A stretch of DNA of 64,000 nt from Azolla caroliniana (GCA_043228905.1 JBHGNT010000010.1:16492001-16556000), one strand, 5' to 3'; counted from the stretch's first letter, positions 1-14,487 are shown. Notes: a model not told the origin generated them from the letters alone. Program-made: numbers and translations.

Positions 1-1571
1 TCCTTCAGTTTGTTGATTTTTGACTGTTCTTCCCATGCAAGATTATTGACTCTCTCAGATAAATATATGAAGTTCTTCTCCCTCACCAATGCTAAAATGA
101 ATTTACAGTGGAAAATATGATCTCATTATATTGGGAAGTTAACCTATTTTCTGGTGTCGAAATAGTTAACTTCACGTGTAGTCTCTTGGAGTACTAAACC
201 ATGCGTCTCTGGTTTGGGGGATCAAGGTACATCTGCATGTATCCTACAACATCCTTATTTCGATTGACTTTGCCCTTCCATTTGCGTAAATGTTTTCTTT
301 TTGTTTCCTTTACATATTATATTTATAAGTTCAAATGCTTGTTTTCCTCTCCTGAAGTAACATCCCTTTGCCAACAAACCTACAAAGTGTTGCAATTTGT
401 GAGTATTGTATAGCTCAATAGCAACCAAAGATTGTATCAATTACATATATTGCTAAAGAACTCATATCATTAAATATTACCTTATGTTATACCTTGGATG
501 TTGAATAATGGATCCGAAGAAGAGAGATTAACCTCACCAATAGAGCCTTCACAGCCTCTCAAGATGCCATAATGAAGGGGATAGCTAGTCACTTCTATAT
601 TGCTCAATACCTAAGGCACCCAAACCACTATGTGCTCCCACATGTCATAGGTCCAGATGGGCTAGTCTCAGTTCCTTTGATAACTGGTTTCCTGACCATC
701 CTTCCCTCAACCCATTAATATTAGCTACAGAATTGGTCGATAAGGTTAAGCCTATAACAGAAGGTCTACTTATAAGAGGATATGCATTTGATCAATGAAA
801 AATGTCATTCTTTCTGTTCTTTCTTTAGTTGAATTGACTAGGGACTCAGATATCTTAATTAAACCCTAGCTAGCTCAACAAGCGTTTAATGGTATCAAAA
901 AATAAAAAAGGTCTTATATGCCAAGTTGTTGCTGCTTATGGGCTTTGAGGAATCTAGTCATTTGATTATTATCTACATGGAATCTAAAAAGAAAGAAAAC
1001 CTATAGAGAAGAGGGCATTGAATACTGAAACAAGGACAATTGGCATTTATCAAGGAACTCTAATGTGTACTCAGTTCCTCTATATGATAGAATGAAAGCT
1101 CTTTGCATTTTTATGCATGTTTTTGTATTGTGTATTTTTACCATATTTGTTATTTTTGTGTTCCCTCTCTCTGTTTTGTGGATTTTTTTACTGGTCTTAT
1201 GAAGTATACACACATCTATATGTATTTCAGGATTTCGTTGAAGTAAGATAAGGGAATAGCAATTAATGCATTAAAATCTCTATCCTGCCAAGTATTTTTG
1301 GCAAGATTATGTGTTTGGAAACCATTGCAAATCCATCCTTACTGGTGATATGTACGAAAAACTTGAATAGGATTGTTCGAATCCAACTCCATCCTTCCAA
1401 TTAAACTTCACTATTCCATCCTTACTGTGCAGGATGAATCCTTGACCTCGTTTTTACTTATTGCTAATAATAAATATATCCTGAACTGTTAACATTCGTA
1501 GAGTACATTATTGGACTGTTGACAAGATTAAGGGCTCTGGAAACTTATCGACTATTTCAATTTTCTAATAG

Positions 1572-2386
1572 ATCGAGGGCCCTGGAAACTTCCTTCAAGA
1601 AGTGCATGGCAAGACAGCTGAGAAGCTAGAATTTATGGCTCATCATAGAGGCCCTTACAAGTTCTGTTTTAGGACTACTTCAGTATACACAGAAACGGTG
1701 GATTTTGATGTGCATATTGGTCATATTCCTTATTATGACCAGAAGTTACAAGATGGTAATATGAACGTTTTCTAAAACTTAAGTGACTTGAAGCAATGTG
1801 TATGAAAATACTGATTTTTTAAATGAAAATGCTGTACAGATCACATTGATCCTTTGATGCATCAAATTGCTAAACTTGAAGAGTCCATATATTCAGTACA
1901 GTTTGAGCAACATTGGCTTTATGCACAAACAGAACGCCAGGCCATATGTAAGTTTTCAACATATCCTTGATCTTTTATCGTGTAAGTTTTGATATATGTT
2001 TAGTCCTGAATATATTTTTGGTTTTGGAAATTTTCAATATCTTTGAGTTCTAAACATATCTTTGATCTTGTGAATATTCAACTTGTGAATATCTTTGATC
2101 TTGTAAAATTTTCAACTTACGTAATTAAGTTTTCAACATTACGTTTGATCTTGTATTGTTGTCAATGTATTTTTGATGTTCGAAAGGTTTCAGCATCTTT
2201 TCAATCATATGTTTTTCTTCACAACTGACATGTTTACTTACGATTGTAACAGTGAATGACAATTTATGTCGGCGGTTGATTTATCGGGCATTTTTTGAGG
2301 CGGTTGCACTGTTTGGAGCAAGTGTACTCCAAGTTTATCTTCTTCGGAGGCTTTTCAATAAGAAATTGAGTCAGACAAGAGTATAG
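1572..2386 (+). CDS. p24beta-type emp24/gp25L/p24 (GOLD-domain) cargo receptor, 3' exons only (1572-1755, 1840-1947, 2253-2386); 5' exons probably lie upstream of the window
   Basis: GT-AG exons join in frame: IEGPGNFLQEVHGKTAEKLEFMAHHRGPYKFCF...ETVDFDVHIGHIPYYDQ / DHIDPLMHQIAKLEESIYSVQFEQHWLYAQTERQAI / LNDNLCRRLIYRAFFEAVALFGASVLQVYLLRRLFNKKLSQTRV*. The GOLD, coiled-coil, TM and -RV tail layout is typical of plant p24beta. Confidence 0.93.
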
Positions 2387-4406
2387 AGCGTCTGTCTTTT
2401 CAAAACTAGCCTCATTCTTATGTATGGAGCACAAAGCCAAACAGCTATATGAGCTAAACATGAGTTATGTGAATTACAGTAAGGTTTAAAGAGGTTTTGA
2501 CATATTTAAACTTTTGCACCGTCGTAAACTAAACCTAGGGAAATATAGAGATAATGGCTTGAAAACTCCATTTAGCACCATGATCTACAACAAAAAATTA
2601 TACACCATTATCCCTTCCCATAAACTTTTCATAGAATGTTTCTGATGTTTAGAGCCACAAGCTGAGGTTTTTGGCAAAGCATGTGAATACAATTTATGAA
2701 AAGCTGGATGATAATAGGTACAAGGTGATGAGAAGCACAGGGAAGAAGGAGAAAGTAATTTTGGAGATGACTACAGCACATACAATTAATTTTGAATCCC
2801 TCTGCGAAACAGTCTGTTGCATAAACTATTTATGTATGGTAAAATCAATCGCATTGCCATGTTGGGGTGTTTCACGAAGTTTACTTGTAGACTGTGTTTC
2901 ATGGATGAAAGGACACTACAAAGTCTGGCTTCTTTGAGATCTGTTCAGATTACGTAGAGTGGAGCAATGCTGCCTTCATTTTGTCTAAGCTCCCTCATTA
3001 TTTTGTGCTTTAGAAGTATATTTATTTAATAAAGCATGCTTTCCTATGAAATGTAACTGTAATGTGTAGCATATTTTACTATGAAGTGCAATAGTAGTGT
3101 AGGCAACTTCAATTCGAAATTACATATCACAAAGCAGAATGTGGCATATTGCCATTTCTAGCCTTTTTTGTAAATGTTATAGCATGTTGCATATATAATA
3201 AGTTTTATGATCGGAAGGGTTGCTTGATGGGGTGGGTGGATGTTGTGAATCATAATTAGTTGAGGCATGGCAACAAATAATTGATTACAAACAAATATCA
3301 AATGTTGGTGTGATTAAGATCACAATTTGTGATATTTTGCGTATAAGATATGGCAAATGAGGTTAGTGAAGTGTGAAGATGGTAGATGAGGGTAAATGTA
3401 AATGCGTTTTTCTTGATCAACATAGCAAGGTTCTGATTTTGGCTTTCTCTTGGTCAAATAAGGTTAGTAAGACTGTAATATTTCACGTTTGATTGGGACC
3501 AGCTAGCCTCGATGGTTGCACTCCCCATTGTTTGCTTGTCAAGATTCTTGCAAACCATCTCTTAACATGAGTCTTGTAAAACATGATTCTTTCAAACTGT
3601 CTCTAACATGAGTCATGTTACATGATTTACCCCACTTTCTTTCCCCCGAAATGCACGATAGAAACTCCCTTCTTGATTCCAAGGGTTTGGTTTGAGCTAT
3701 GGTTGCCGAACAATTCCGAACCCTATTATTGGTTTCATGTGGGGAGCAAACATGATCATTGGTAGATAGATAGGAGTTCTGAAAGCCTTACAAACTGGAT
3801 GGAGCAGCTGCAATCATCAAATGATGGGGGATTAAGAATCCTTAAATCGAGAACAATGGTTTAAAGACTCCCGATGCGATAAAACTCTTTCGGAGAGTGG
3901 ATAAGTGATCGGATCGGATCGAGAGAGAGCCCCCAAATCAATGGGAGATGGATGAGTGTGAATGTATACATATATTCAGCGAGAACTGCAGGGATAGGAG
4001 GGAATTCAATGGAGTCAAATTACGTCTCTGCTTATTGTCTGTGTCTGTGTGTACATACTTATTATTTTGGCACAGGTTTTCCTGAATTTGCCCACATCAT
4101 GTGAATTGAATAGAATATTCCCTCTCTGTCTCTGCGGGCTTCGTCTCTGTCATGTAAATTGTCATGTGTCCTGTCCCTTCTCTTTCTCTTTCTTTCTCTC
4201 CCTCGAAACTTGTGGAGGAATTTCTCTTCGCCTCAGCGAGAGTTGTGAAGTATATATGGTATATAATATATATATACCAACGACTGAAGCTATGATAATA
4301 ACATTTTTAGGGTTTCTCCCTTCATGGTGGCTTCATAGTTGAGAGCAGTTTACAGAGATCTAATTCCTGCAATTTGAGTCGGGGCATTGTGGATTAGTTC
4401 CAGGCT

Positions 4407-4731
4407 ATGGCTCCATCAAAATCACCCCAATTTCTTCCCGCTTCTGGTTAGTTAAAACGCTTTCTTGGATTTTTTTCTTTGTCCCTTCCATGCCTTTTTT
4501 ACTCAGGGTTTAGGGTGATGGTATTTTTTTCATTTTGTCTCTTTTGCTTGCTTTCCCTACTTACCTAAACAAGCAACGGACACAGGCACACCGCAGAGGT
4601 TTTAGGCATTGTTTCTTTCCTAGGCGGGAAAGAATGGGACGCAGTATTTTTATACGTGAAGCACTCTTTTCTATTCTGTTTATAACTAACATGAAACAAC
4701 CCAATTTCTATCATGTCATGTCATGTCCTGT

Positions 4732-4766
<35 letters not shown>

Positions 4767-7700
4767 ACTTGTAGTTCCCTGCATTGTTCAAAACGATGAA
4801 CTTCTGAAGGCACGGTTCGGTTCGGAGCATACTTTGGTAGTTTAGGGTTTAGGGTTTAGGGTTTGTGGGGGGTGGGGTGGGGGAAGAATCCTATTATCCT
4901 GTGTGGGAAATGGTAGCTATACCGATCCAGGTTCCTCCCACTATTATTCTCTTGCGGGAAAGTATCGTTTCCCCTACAATGGTCCACTGTATAGAGCTTT
5001 TGTGGAACCAGGTGGAGCATACCTAGCTAGGTGATTCTATGTGAAAGACGCCACTTTCCAATCATGGTTTCTCTTAAATGCTCAGTATTATGAACTTCTG
5101 AAGGCGAGCCTCTGCATACCTAGATGTCACTGTAATGGAGAGGAGCTGTTGGCCCTATTTTGTCATGTGGGAATGATCCCACTTTCCATCACGTTTCATT
5201 AGAATGTACACTGGACCTATTTTTCCATATTTACATCAAGCTAGGTATGCTCTGCAATTTTCAGTCTTATTAATCAGTGACGTGAAATTACAACCGTAAA
5301 GTTTGCATATGGATACTTTTACTCTAGACTGAAAAAGAGGAGGAAATGCAGTGGTGCGATTTGACTTCCCTCATTTCAAAAACACCCATTCAGATTAGGT
5401 GGCATACAAAGCAACATTATCATCTTGTGGTTTGTTCATAAGTCCCATTATTTTGTTAGTGGTAGAAAAATCCTGCCAACAAATTCTCAGACAACTTCAG
5501 CATCTATCGTATACCTTCAAATGCTTAACCCACCAGTTTGTTAATGGTGGTAGAAAAGCCTTGGCATCAAATTCTTGATGAAGACTTCAACATCTATCAT
5601 ATACCTTAAAATGTTTGGCATTGCTGTACACATTGACAATCAAGATTGCCACCTATCAAAATAGTCACTAGTTGGGAAGTCTAAAAACTGTTGGTTGTAG
5701 AGAGTTCCTCAAATGTTACAGGAATTGCTAACATGATTGTTGATGTGTCATGGTGTAGCTTATCTAGATTATTGTTTGAGCCAGTAAGCCTGGTTGCATT
5801 ATGTGAAGTTGGAAATAAATGAGATGTAATAATAGATGATGATACTTTCTGTTTATATGGTTATTTATGTCGAGAAAGGAGAGACAACGGGTAAAAAGGT
5901 AAAAAAATAATAAGAGAAAGTAACCTATTTGCAACTGGTGTTTGCTTACACAAGAAATTAGTATTCTGATGGATCTTGTGATAGCGAAGTGGGATCGCTA
6001 GAAATTCTACCTCTTTCCAGCATCTTAAATATCTGTACTAGAGGAAGTTGAGAAGTAACTATGTCAGTCCTCATAAAGTAAATTACTAAATGCCTTGAGT
6101 TAGATTTTCTTTACCTTCCACTGTATTCCTCCAGGACTGCAATGATTAAACAAGATATTGAATGTTAAAACTTATGAGGATGAGATTTTAATGCAATGAA
6201 AGCTTATGAAATAAGGCTTTTGTCTTGATAAAATGTATTGTTTTGTAGTATGTAGAATAAAAAGCTTAAAAATACCATGTACATGATCTAATAATGAAAA
6301 GGAAACAAAATTAGAAATCATCTTCTTTGTTAGTATATATGCATATCTTCCTATTCCTTTATATGCATTCTTCTGATTCCTTATCTATTTTTTGATATTG
6401 TTTTGATATTGTAGGATTATATTTCCCAGGAGCATACACTTCAATGATTTCAGCCCTAAGTTTGCATGAGAAGCAAAAGATCCTTCATAGAGTCGCTCAA
6501 GGACTTGATGGTGGCCCAGAAATTCTAGAGTCTTGGACGAGGAAAGATCTTCTTCAGCTCATATGTCTAGAGATGGGGAAAGAGAGGAAATATACTGGTG
6601 TTTCCAAGGGTAAAATGATTGAGCAGCTCATGAAACTGGTAGAGATGAAAGGAATAAGAGAAGAAAGGGTGATAACGCACGATCTTATGTCAGTGAAACC
6701 TCATATTGCCCCCCAAAGCTTGTTAAGACGGCAGAGGAAGGTGGGACGGCCTGCTCGTGTTCAATCATCGATAGAGATTCCCGTGGATATTGATGTTGGA
6801 AATAGGGCGGAAATATCGTGGGTTTGTAGAAATACGGCGTGTAAAGCACAGCTTCTAGTAGGTGCAAATTTTTGTCAGCGTTGCTCTTGTTGCGTATGTC
6901 GAAATTTTGACGACAACAAAGACCCTAGTCTTTGGATAGTTTGCACACCTGAGCCACATCATAGAGATGTAGAATGTAGATTGTCTTGCCATGTCGAATG
7001 TGCTCTTAAGAAGGGAATTGCTGGAGTACTCATGGAGGGTTCGGAGATAATACTCGATGGAAGCTATCGCTGCTATTCATGTGGGAAAGTCAGTAGCTTG
7101 ATAGGGTAATGTATATATGTGTATATGTTCAACAATCCTGATATCAATTTGAGATTTTTTCCTTGAGTAGAGTTTGATTTTTTTGGGATATTTACATACA
7201 CCCCTATACATGATTGAATTATTGTAAACAGCCCTGTCTCCCCCATTCTGACTCGCTATCTCTTACCCCAATTCTTTAAAATACCCCTTTCTCTACAATT
7301 TCTCTCTCAAATTCCTAAACTATTCCTTCTTCTACAATTTCACAATCTAAATTGAAGAGAGAAATTGTCAAGAGAGATGGGAAATTGTTGAAAGAGGAAT
7401 ACTTTAGGCGTTTATGAACTCTCAGTATTTAAACCAAACCATTTAAGAAAAAGTTAAAACCAAACCGTTTAGGGAAAAGTTGAAACCAAACCGAACCATT
7501 TAATAAAAAATTTTAACCTAACCACTTAAGTCAAACTAGTTAAACATCTAAAGAAACAAAAATACATTAAATTAAATAAGCATTTAAGTTAAATTTATTA
7601 AATCAATAAAAAACCATTAGTTAAACCATTACATCAATAAACTATTAAGGTAAAAAAAAAAAGTTAACCAAAAACCTATAAACCTATAAACATTTAAACC

Positions 7701-10700
7701 TTTAAACCAAACCTGTACACCTATAAACACAAGTTTTAGAACTGAACCGAACTGAAACCGAACCGTTTATCGAGAATCCAAACCAAACCAAACCATTAAA
7801 TTTTTTTGGAACCAATAAACCGTTAAACCATGGCTTAACGGTTCGGTTCAGTTTGAGCCGAAAAATCGTGCCCATTGCTAATGACAAGGGTGGTGAGATC
7901 ATGGTTCATGGGGCCGGGGCTTGGCCTATGGCATGGGTTGAGTATGGGTTCTCTCAATTTTATGACATTGATGCTATTGTGAAAACCACCAAGATAACAG
8001 TCAGAGAAAGAAAGAAAGAAAGATATATTAACGTCTTTTAAGAGGCCACAATTGCCTATAAGACCAAACAACGGTGGGGGTAGGGACCTTGTTTGGCATC
8101 CAACCCAACAGCCTCTATGTCTTTTAGTGGGAGATTGATGCAAATGCAACAACTAGTTCCAGGAAAGGCCCATCGGAATAAGTGTTGTCTCGTCTTTGAG
8201 AACAATAAATCAAAATAAAATAAATATTACTCAATAAATATAAAAGTAAAGAAAATAAAAAGAAACTAAAGAACCTGGTTTTCGGCACATGTGAGATTCT
8301 TAAGTTAGATATATTATAGCGTTTGTCTTCGAAAGATCTCTAGCATAGGTTGATCCTGAATAGAGAGGTCTTTGAAGCAAGGGAAGCGCATGTGATGGCG
8401 GGAGATGACAAGGGTGCTAAGGTCGTGGTCCGTGGTGCTAGGGCTTACGTGCACGACAAATTGCTATTGCCCGATCTATTGCAACCCCTTCGTTATGTCC
8501 TGGTTGGGAGTCCAAGCTATATTGGAATAGGGGTAGTGCATCTATATTTATGCCATGTGATTCCAACCATTGCTGCATTTCAACATACCAATAATGAATG
8601 TCACCATTTTCACTCAATTGTCTTGATGACGCAAGTGCCAACCTTGGGTACCTTTGTTTAGGGAGCTCCCAAAGACATTGGATACAGATCACTAATTAGA
8701 ACAATGCCTCGGTGATTATAGGGGCTGCTCTCATCTCTGCCCGGATTTATCATGGGGCATTGTAGTTTGCTCCTTATAATGCGGGCAATCATTGACACTA
8801 AGGTCTCTCTGAATCTTTCCAATGATTTGCCTTGTTAAAACTCGGTCCCCACGTTTCCATTCCATAGAGAAGAGTTGGTGTGACAAGTGTATCAAATAAC
8901 CACAACTTAGTTCGTGGTTCTTGGAATTGCAAATGTCACGTTATCTTTCAAGAGCACCAAGGGCTCCATATCCATGAGAAACTGGGACACCAACAGCCTC
9001 CCATCAAGAGAACGTAGGCCTTGTAAATGTTACTCCTAGGTATGTGCTGGAGCGTGTGTATTCCACCTTTTCTCTCCAATTTTTACCTTGTTACCCATGC
9101 TTGAGTGATGTTAAACCCTATCATTTTAGTTTTATCTATGTTTATTGAAACCTTTATCTGTACAAAATAGTTTAAAGGCATTTAGATGTCTTTGTAGTCC
9201 GTCCGCGGAGTAAAAAATCAGCATATAGTGATATTTTATAGCTATATATGCTAGGCATGATCCCGAACCCCCCAAATCTCTTTATGTAATGTTATACCTC
9301 ATCTATATAGAGACCGAAGAGAGTGGGTGATAGTGGCCTACTTGTACGGCCAAGTGGTATTGCCTAACCTATTGTAACCCCTTTGTAATGTCCTGGTTGG
9401 GAGCCCATTTGTGTAGCCCTTGATGCACTTGTAGCATGAGTAGGAATGATGGGGCTAAAGAAAGTTGTGATTCTTCTTTGTTGATGAGTTTCTGTGGTTG
9501 TATTGTTGTTCTTCAAGAACTTCTACCCATGTCTCTTGAGTTCTAGCAAGAGCAATTCCAAGCACCGTTGGTTCTCATATTCCATTACCTTGTGTAGTGG
9601 TTCAAAGCCTTGGTTAAAGAGGCAATGGTATCTCCCTCTTATTTCATTTAAAACAGTACAATGGAAACATGTGTTCTTCAAATTCCACTTCTTGATGATA
9701 CAATTGGCAAATTCTTTCTTCCAGAGGTGTATGTGGATATTTTCCTACCTCAATCTCTAACTCATGTGAAAAGGTCCACAATTTCCCAATCACATTGCAC
9801 AACTTATGAGATAGATGTATGCAATATAAGAAAGCCTGATAATGTTTGCCTTACAGTGGGTCATCTTCCTACTAGGAGGTAAGATATATTGTGGGGTTGA
9901 TCCATGTTCTTCCACTATCCAATTTGTTGATAACTGTTTGGATCACTCTATTTTTTTCTGCTTTGGTCATGTTAAGATGGGACAATCCAATCATAGGACA
10001 GGTTTATGCTTATGCCCATTGACTTGAACCATTATTGCATTTTGGCATACCGATAATGATTTTATCAGCAAGTTGTTTTGATGACATAATAATTACTTTT
10101 ATTTAGGCAGCTCCTATATACTCTCAAGGTGTTTACTAGCAATGGACTGATGGGTGTCTATATACATAGCAATATTTGTTCTCTTGGAGGTATCTTCAAA
10201 TACCTAGCATCTGTCCTTAGAGAGCCATTGCAATTCCATTTAGTCATGCGTAATGTCTCATAGGCCATCCACCGTCATGTGGCTCTCTAATTTGTAATAA
10301 TGAAGTTACCATCTCTATTCTATAATAATGATGTTACCATCTTATCTACTAGTGTTCCTGTTTGCCTTTTCACTTCCTCTCACCAAGGAGTGTTTTCTTT
10401 CAATATTTTTTGTCAGCATGCTTTATTTAAGCTTTGGCGTCTTTGGCTATCTCTGCCCATGTTTAAATTTTCTTATTTACATTGTCTTTAATTGTGGAGA
10501 TGTATTTTTATTGCTTCTTGTCCTTTTTGTAAACTGAGTGTAATAGCTACTAGTTTGACCTCATTTAAAAATATTTCATCCTTAGATATTGCACCATGTC
10601 ATCCTTGAGTACTTTTATATTTTTATACAGCTTCTAAATGCTAGTCTTGTTTTTGGGGAGAAAGATAGAGTTTCTTATTAAGGACAAGTACTAGCGAGAG

Positions 10701-12810
10701 GAGTATTTGAGAATCAATCTCTCACGTGAATCAGGTGATAAAAAAGGGATCTTTAATGCACCCAAAGTGAATATTGTATAGATCCACCATCACCTTCCAC
10801 ATTGGTTGATTTGTCAGAACATAGCTTACAATGTAAGGGCTGGAGTTGGAGTTCAGTCCTTGTGAGTTTATAAGAAAAAGCTTATATTACTAATTTGGTT
10901 GTTCTCATGGGTGCATTTTTATGCGCTTAATTTTTTTGCATGAATGTTCTGTCTGTATTACAAGCTTTTATCGAAACATGCATTTTTCTGTGTTTATTTG
11001 ATTGATCAATTGAGTTTATATGCCATCTTCTGGAATGATGAACTGTAGGTGCTTGAAGAAACAGCTTTTGGTAGCGAGGGAGGCACGAAGGGTTGATACT
11101 TTATGTCAAAGGTTGTCCTTATGCCACCGATTGCTTAATGGCACTAAGAAACATAAGGAACTCGATGAGTTTGTGGAGAGAGCTATCGAAAAGCTTGAAG
11201 GTGAAGTAGGCCCAATAATTGAGGGCTCTGCCAAGTTTGCTCGAGGCTTAGTCAATCGATTATCTTCAAGTGCAGAGGTACTACAACTCATAAGCTCTGC
11301 CCTGGGAAAAGCTGATACCTTTCATGAAGATGTAGAAGTGGAATGCCAAACAATCAAATCATCGGTTATCCAAGGTATGCCATGCATTTAGGAGTAAGGG
11401 ATTGTTTGTTCTTCTCTAATTGTAATGATCTTTTTTTCCTTTGCTTTCATAGAGAAAAATGATGATGATGACCTACTTTGCAACATAGAATTTAATAAAG
11501 TATCTTCAACATCCATCTCATTAATGGTGCAAGGCGGCGGGGAGCTAGTAAATGGTTATCGTGTCTGGCATCGAAGAGCAACTGATGAGAACTTTCCAAA
11601 CAACCCAACTTGTATAATATCCACTAATCCTGGAGAAGCTCAAATTTCTAATTTAGAACCTTGCACTGAGTATGATTTTTGTGTTGTCCCATTTTCTGAA
11701 AGGGGAATTGGTGAGCCAGCAGAGGCTTCTTGCTGCACAAAAAGAGAATTATGTAGAGAGTTCTCTTCGAATTCGGATGAATGGTACCATCCAACAAATG
11801 TAGAAGAAGAGATATACATGATAATTGACAAACCTGAGTCGAATTTCAAAGTTCGTGATCTTGGCAAGGTGTTACATTCAGCATGGAGCGAGCCATCTGA
11901 AGTCATTGAAGGGATATTCAATGGCAAAGGATGGGATATGAATAATTGTAACGAAGGTGGGAAAAATAAGGTGAGGAATTGTGGTCCAAATGTCTTCTCG
12001 AGCTCTGTAAGGAACATGTCTGGTGTCGATGATGATGATGCGTGCAAAGGAACTAGTCAGGATAAAACATGGATTCGTGACTTGAATGTCTCAGCAAATC
12101 TAGACCTTGCAGTGGAAGAAAGTAGGGTAACATTGGAGGCTGAAGATGTGAATAGAACAATTTCGAGAAGAAATTCGACTGGATTATTGCAAGAATCCGA
12201 TGAAGTAAAAGGTGCAAATGTTGCAGAACTGGATGATGCTAGTGATCCGGGAAACTCACAAATATCACAAACTGAGGCTTCAGTTATTATGTCGCATGCT
12301 TTGCCAGCAAATGCTAGAGTAGAGCTTCACGATGATGAACCCAGAATAGTGGATGATAAACATGGTCACGGAGAAAGTTGGGCAATGCAGGTTCGAGGGT
12401 CGGGAAGAGGAGTTGGGATAGAACCCATGTTAAGAAAAAAGACCATGAAAACATTCAATAGAGATATTGATAATGATGATGATGATGGCTATGGCATTGT
12501 CAATGGATGCGGAGCAGGTAGCATTGGAGGTCCTCTTTGCGCCTCAAGGAACTATGAGTTGTGTGTGAAAATAGTTCGGTGGTTGGAGTGTCAAGGTCTT
12601 GTGAAGGAAGATTTTCGGATGAAGTTCTTGACGTGGTTTAGTTTGCGTGCTTCGGAACATGAGAAAAGGGTTGTGAGTGTCTTTATTGATACACTTCAAG
12701 ATAACCCAGCGAGTTTGGCCGAACAATTGGTTGATACATTCTCGGATATTATTTCTTCAAATAGACATCAAATGATGTCTAATGGCTTTTGCAGCAAACT
12801 ATGGCATTAG
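4407..12810 (+). CDS. VIL: VIN3-like (VEL family) PHD-FNIII-VEL Polycomb-associated protein, about 804 aa; exons 4407-4446, 6415-7105, 11049-11374, 11453-12810
   Basis: Motifs: EMGKERKYTG; atypical PHD (CRNTAC...FCQRCSCCVC...DDNKDPSLW...CHVECAL...LDGSYRCYSCGK); AREARRVDTLCQRL; FNIII (GYRVWHR...SNLEPCTEY); VEL (YELCVKIVRWLECQG...FRMKFLTWFSLRA...GFCSKLWH). Exons total 2415 nt in frame with GT-AG introns. The short first exon is the least certain. Confidence 0.95.
4735..4765. repeat. (CT)n microsatellite in intron 1 of the VIN3-like gene
   Basis: Seen directly. Confidence 0.95.
4841..4883 (+). promoter_or_regulatory. Three tandem telo-boxes (TTTAGGG) followed by G-tracts (G-quadruplex-compatible) in VIL intron 1
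   Basis: tttagggtttagggtttagggtttgtggggggtggggtggggg. The motif is seen directly; a regulatory role is inference. Confidence 0.5.
7430..7873. mobile_element. Non-autonomous DNA-transposon (hAT-like) end with dispersed AAACCG/AAACCA subterminal motifs
   Basis: Many AAACCG/AAACCA repeats switch to CGGTT near the end (ttaacggttcggttcagtttgagccgaaaaatcgtgccc). No matching other end was identified. Confidence 0.45.
7874..10080 (-). mobile_element. Stack of degenerate non-LTR retrotransposon (LINE; RTEX/CR1-group-like) fragments in VIL intron 2
   Basis: Minus-strand remnants: TYLG (about 9035-9046), LFDTLVTPT..LYGMETWGPS (about 8840-8900), RLALASSRQL...WYVEMQQWLESHGINIDALP (8438-8692) and NQRCLELLLLELKRH (about 9530-9575). 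The 9390-9590 block resembles 20250-20440. Confidence 0.8.
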
Positions 12811-14487
12811 GTGTACATGATAAATGTAGGCAACAAATACATTGGGTTACTTTTGTTGCAATCATAGGATATTGTGAATTATACATTCTAGTTGTGGGCA
12901 TTATTCCAAGGATTGGGCTTGGAACTCTTGATCCAATGAGAGATTCATCTCGTATTTACTCTATTGTCCACCCATGTCTGTTGGTCATCTAGTAGAGTTT
13001 GAACTTTGGTTGCATTTGTTCTACTAGTGGCCATAACGGGTTCTCCTGAATTTACCTTCTAGTTGTAGGCATAATTTGCCCAGTATTGGGTGGAACTTTT
13101 GGAGAGATGCATCTCGTTTTTATGTTTGTATATGCTTGTGTTAAATGCCTTTTATAATTGTTATAGGCCTCATTCCAATGATTGAACTTGAGGTTCCCTA
13201 TTTGAATGATTGTGGACTGAATTACGTATGATAATTATCTAGTAAAGTTTGAAAGTTTCCATAATAGTCATTGATGTTTGAAAGTAAATTACATCGATGA
13301 TGAAAACTATTAACACAATGCCCAACTTTCATGTCTCTTGATTACACCATGTGTTTGTTTTCTTAATTTACTACATGCCATTGTGAAATGCAGGGGTTAA
13401 ATGCATGACCATCCCATCTCCATTGAACAACCTTACTAGTTGGGCTACAATTTGGTACTTAAAAACCTTGTGTGCGGAGGAGTCCTTAATGATAAGAGAT
13501 ACAAACATTGATTGTCATGTGCTAAAATGTGTTGTCCACTTGAGGTCGTCACTAAAGATAATGTGCTTCAAGTGAGTTCTCTAGGAAAATTTTCATATCC
13601 ACATGAGGTAAAGTCCATAGTTGAAGTTCATGTACATTGAGTGAGTTCTCTAGGATATGTCCACTTGAAGTAAGGCCATAGTTGAACTTTATGTGCATTG
13701 TGGTGGTTACGTGTGGATAGAAATCAAGGTCATTTTTCAAGTGATGAGGTAACCACATAGTCTATAAGCAGCAATCATTTGAATGTTATCCATTTTGTTG
13801 AGGCAATGCTTTCACGTTCTATCTTAGCACAATGGTTGTATAGTACAAGTGGATAGCGTAGATGCCATACAGTTTTCTCATATATCAGTGTCACGGTTCT
13901 TTTTACTTCCAATAAAAGACATTGTTTTAAATAAATAAAGTTTTTGGGATAAAGTTTTTGGGAGAATGACAGAGACAAGCAAAGATTTTTCAACTTTCTT
14001 TGGTAACTCCACTTGTTCAATAATGTGTGTTGGATAACTAGTGACAAAACAATAATAATTGGGAGTGTACTCGAAACATGCACTCCCAACCTTTGACAAA
14101 TTTGACGAATACGAACATATTCATATAATTGAAGGTTAGCATTACATGCTACATCTACCGACATGGTTCTTCTTATCGAAAGTGATTCACAAGTGTTTTG
14201 ACATTGAAGCCCATCAAATGATTCCCAAAAAACATTACAAAGATGTGCATGTAGGGTTGGAAGTCTAGTTGCAGTGAACATGATATATTATTAGGTATTG
14301 CATGAGCGATTTCAAGTTGGATATAGAATCCATCCACAAAGCTATGTTCTGTTGCAAAAAAAAACCATTACACATGATTCCGGGTGCAATCGGCGCGAGT
14401 AATGAAAGTAATGATAGAGGATGCATGGCTAATGAATAAGTGGATGCACATAGAAAGGGGTTCTTTCTCTCTCTGTCTCTCTCTCAT

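Noticed and set aside
4841-4864. Telomere or chromosome-fusion relic
   Set aside because: Only three TTTAGGG units inside an intron, consistent with telo-boxes.
13775-14281. 168-aa minus-strand ORF
   Set aside because: No recognisable domain or splice-supported structure; possibly decayed TE, but it cannot be assigned.
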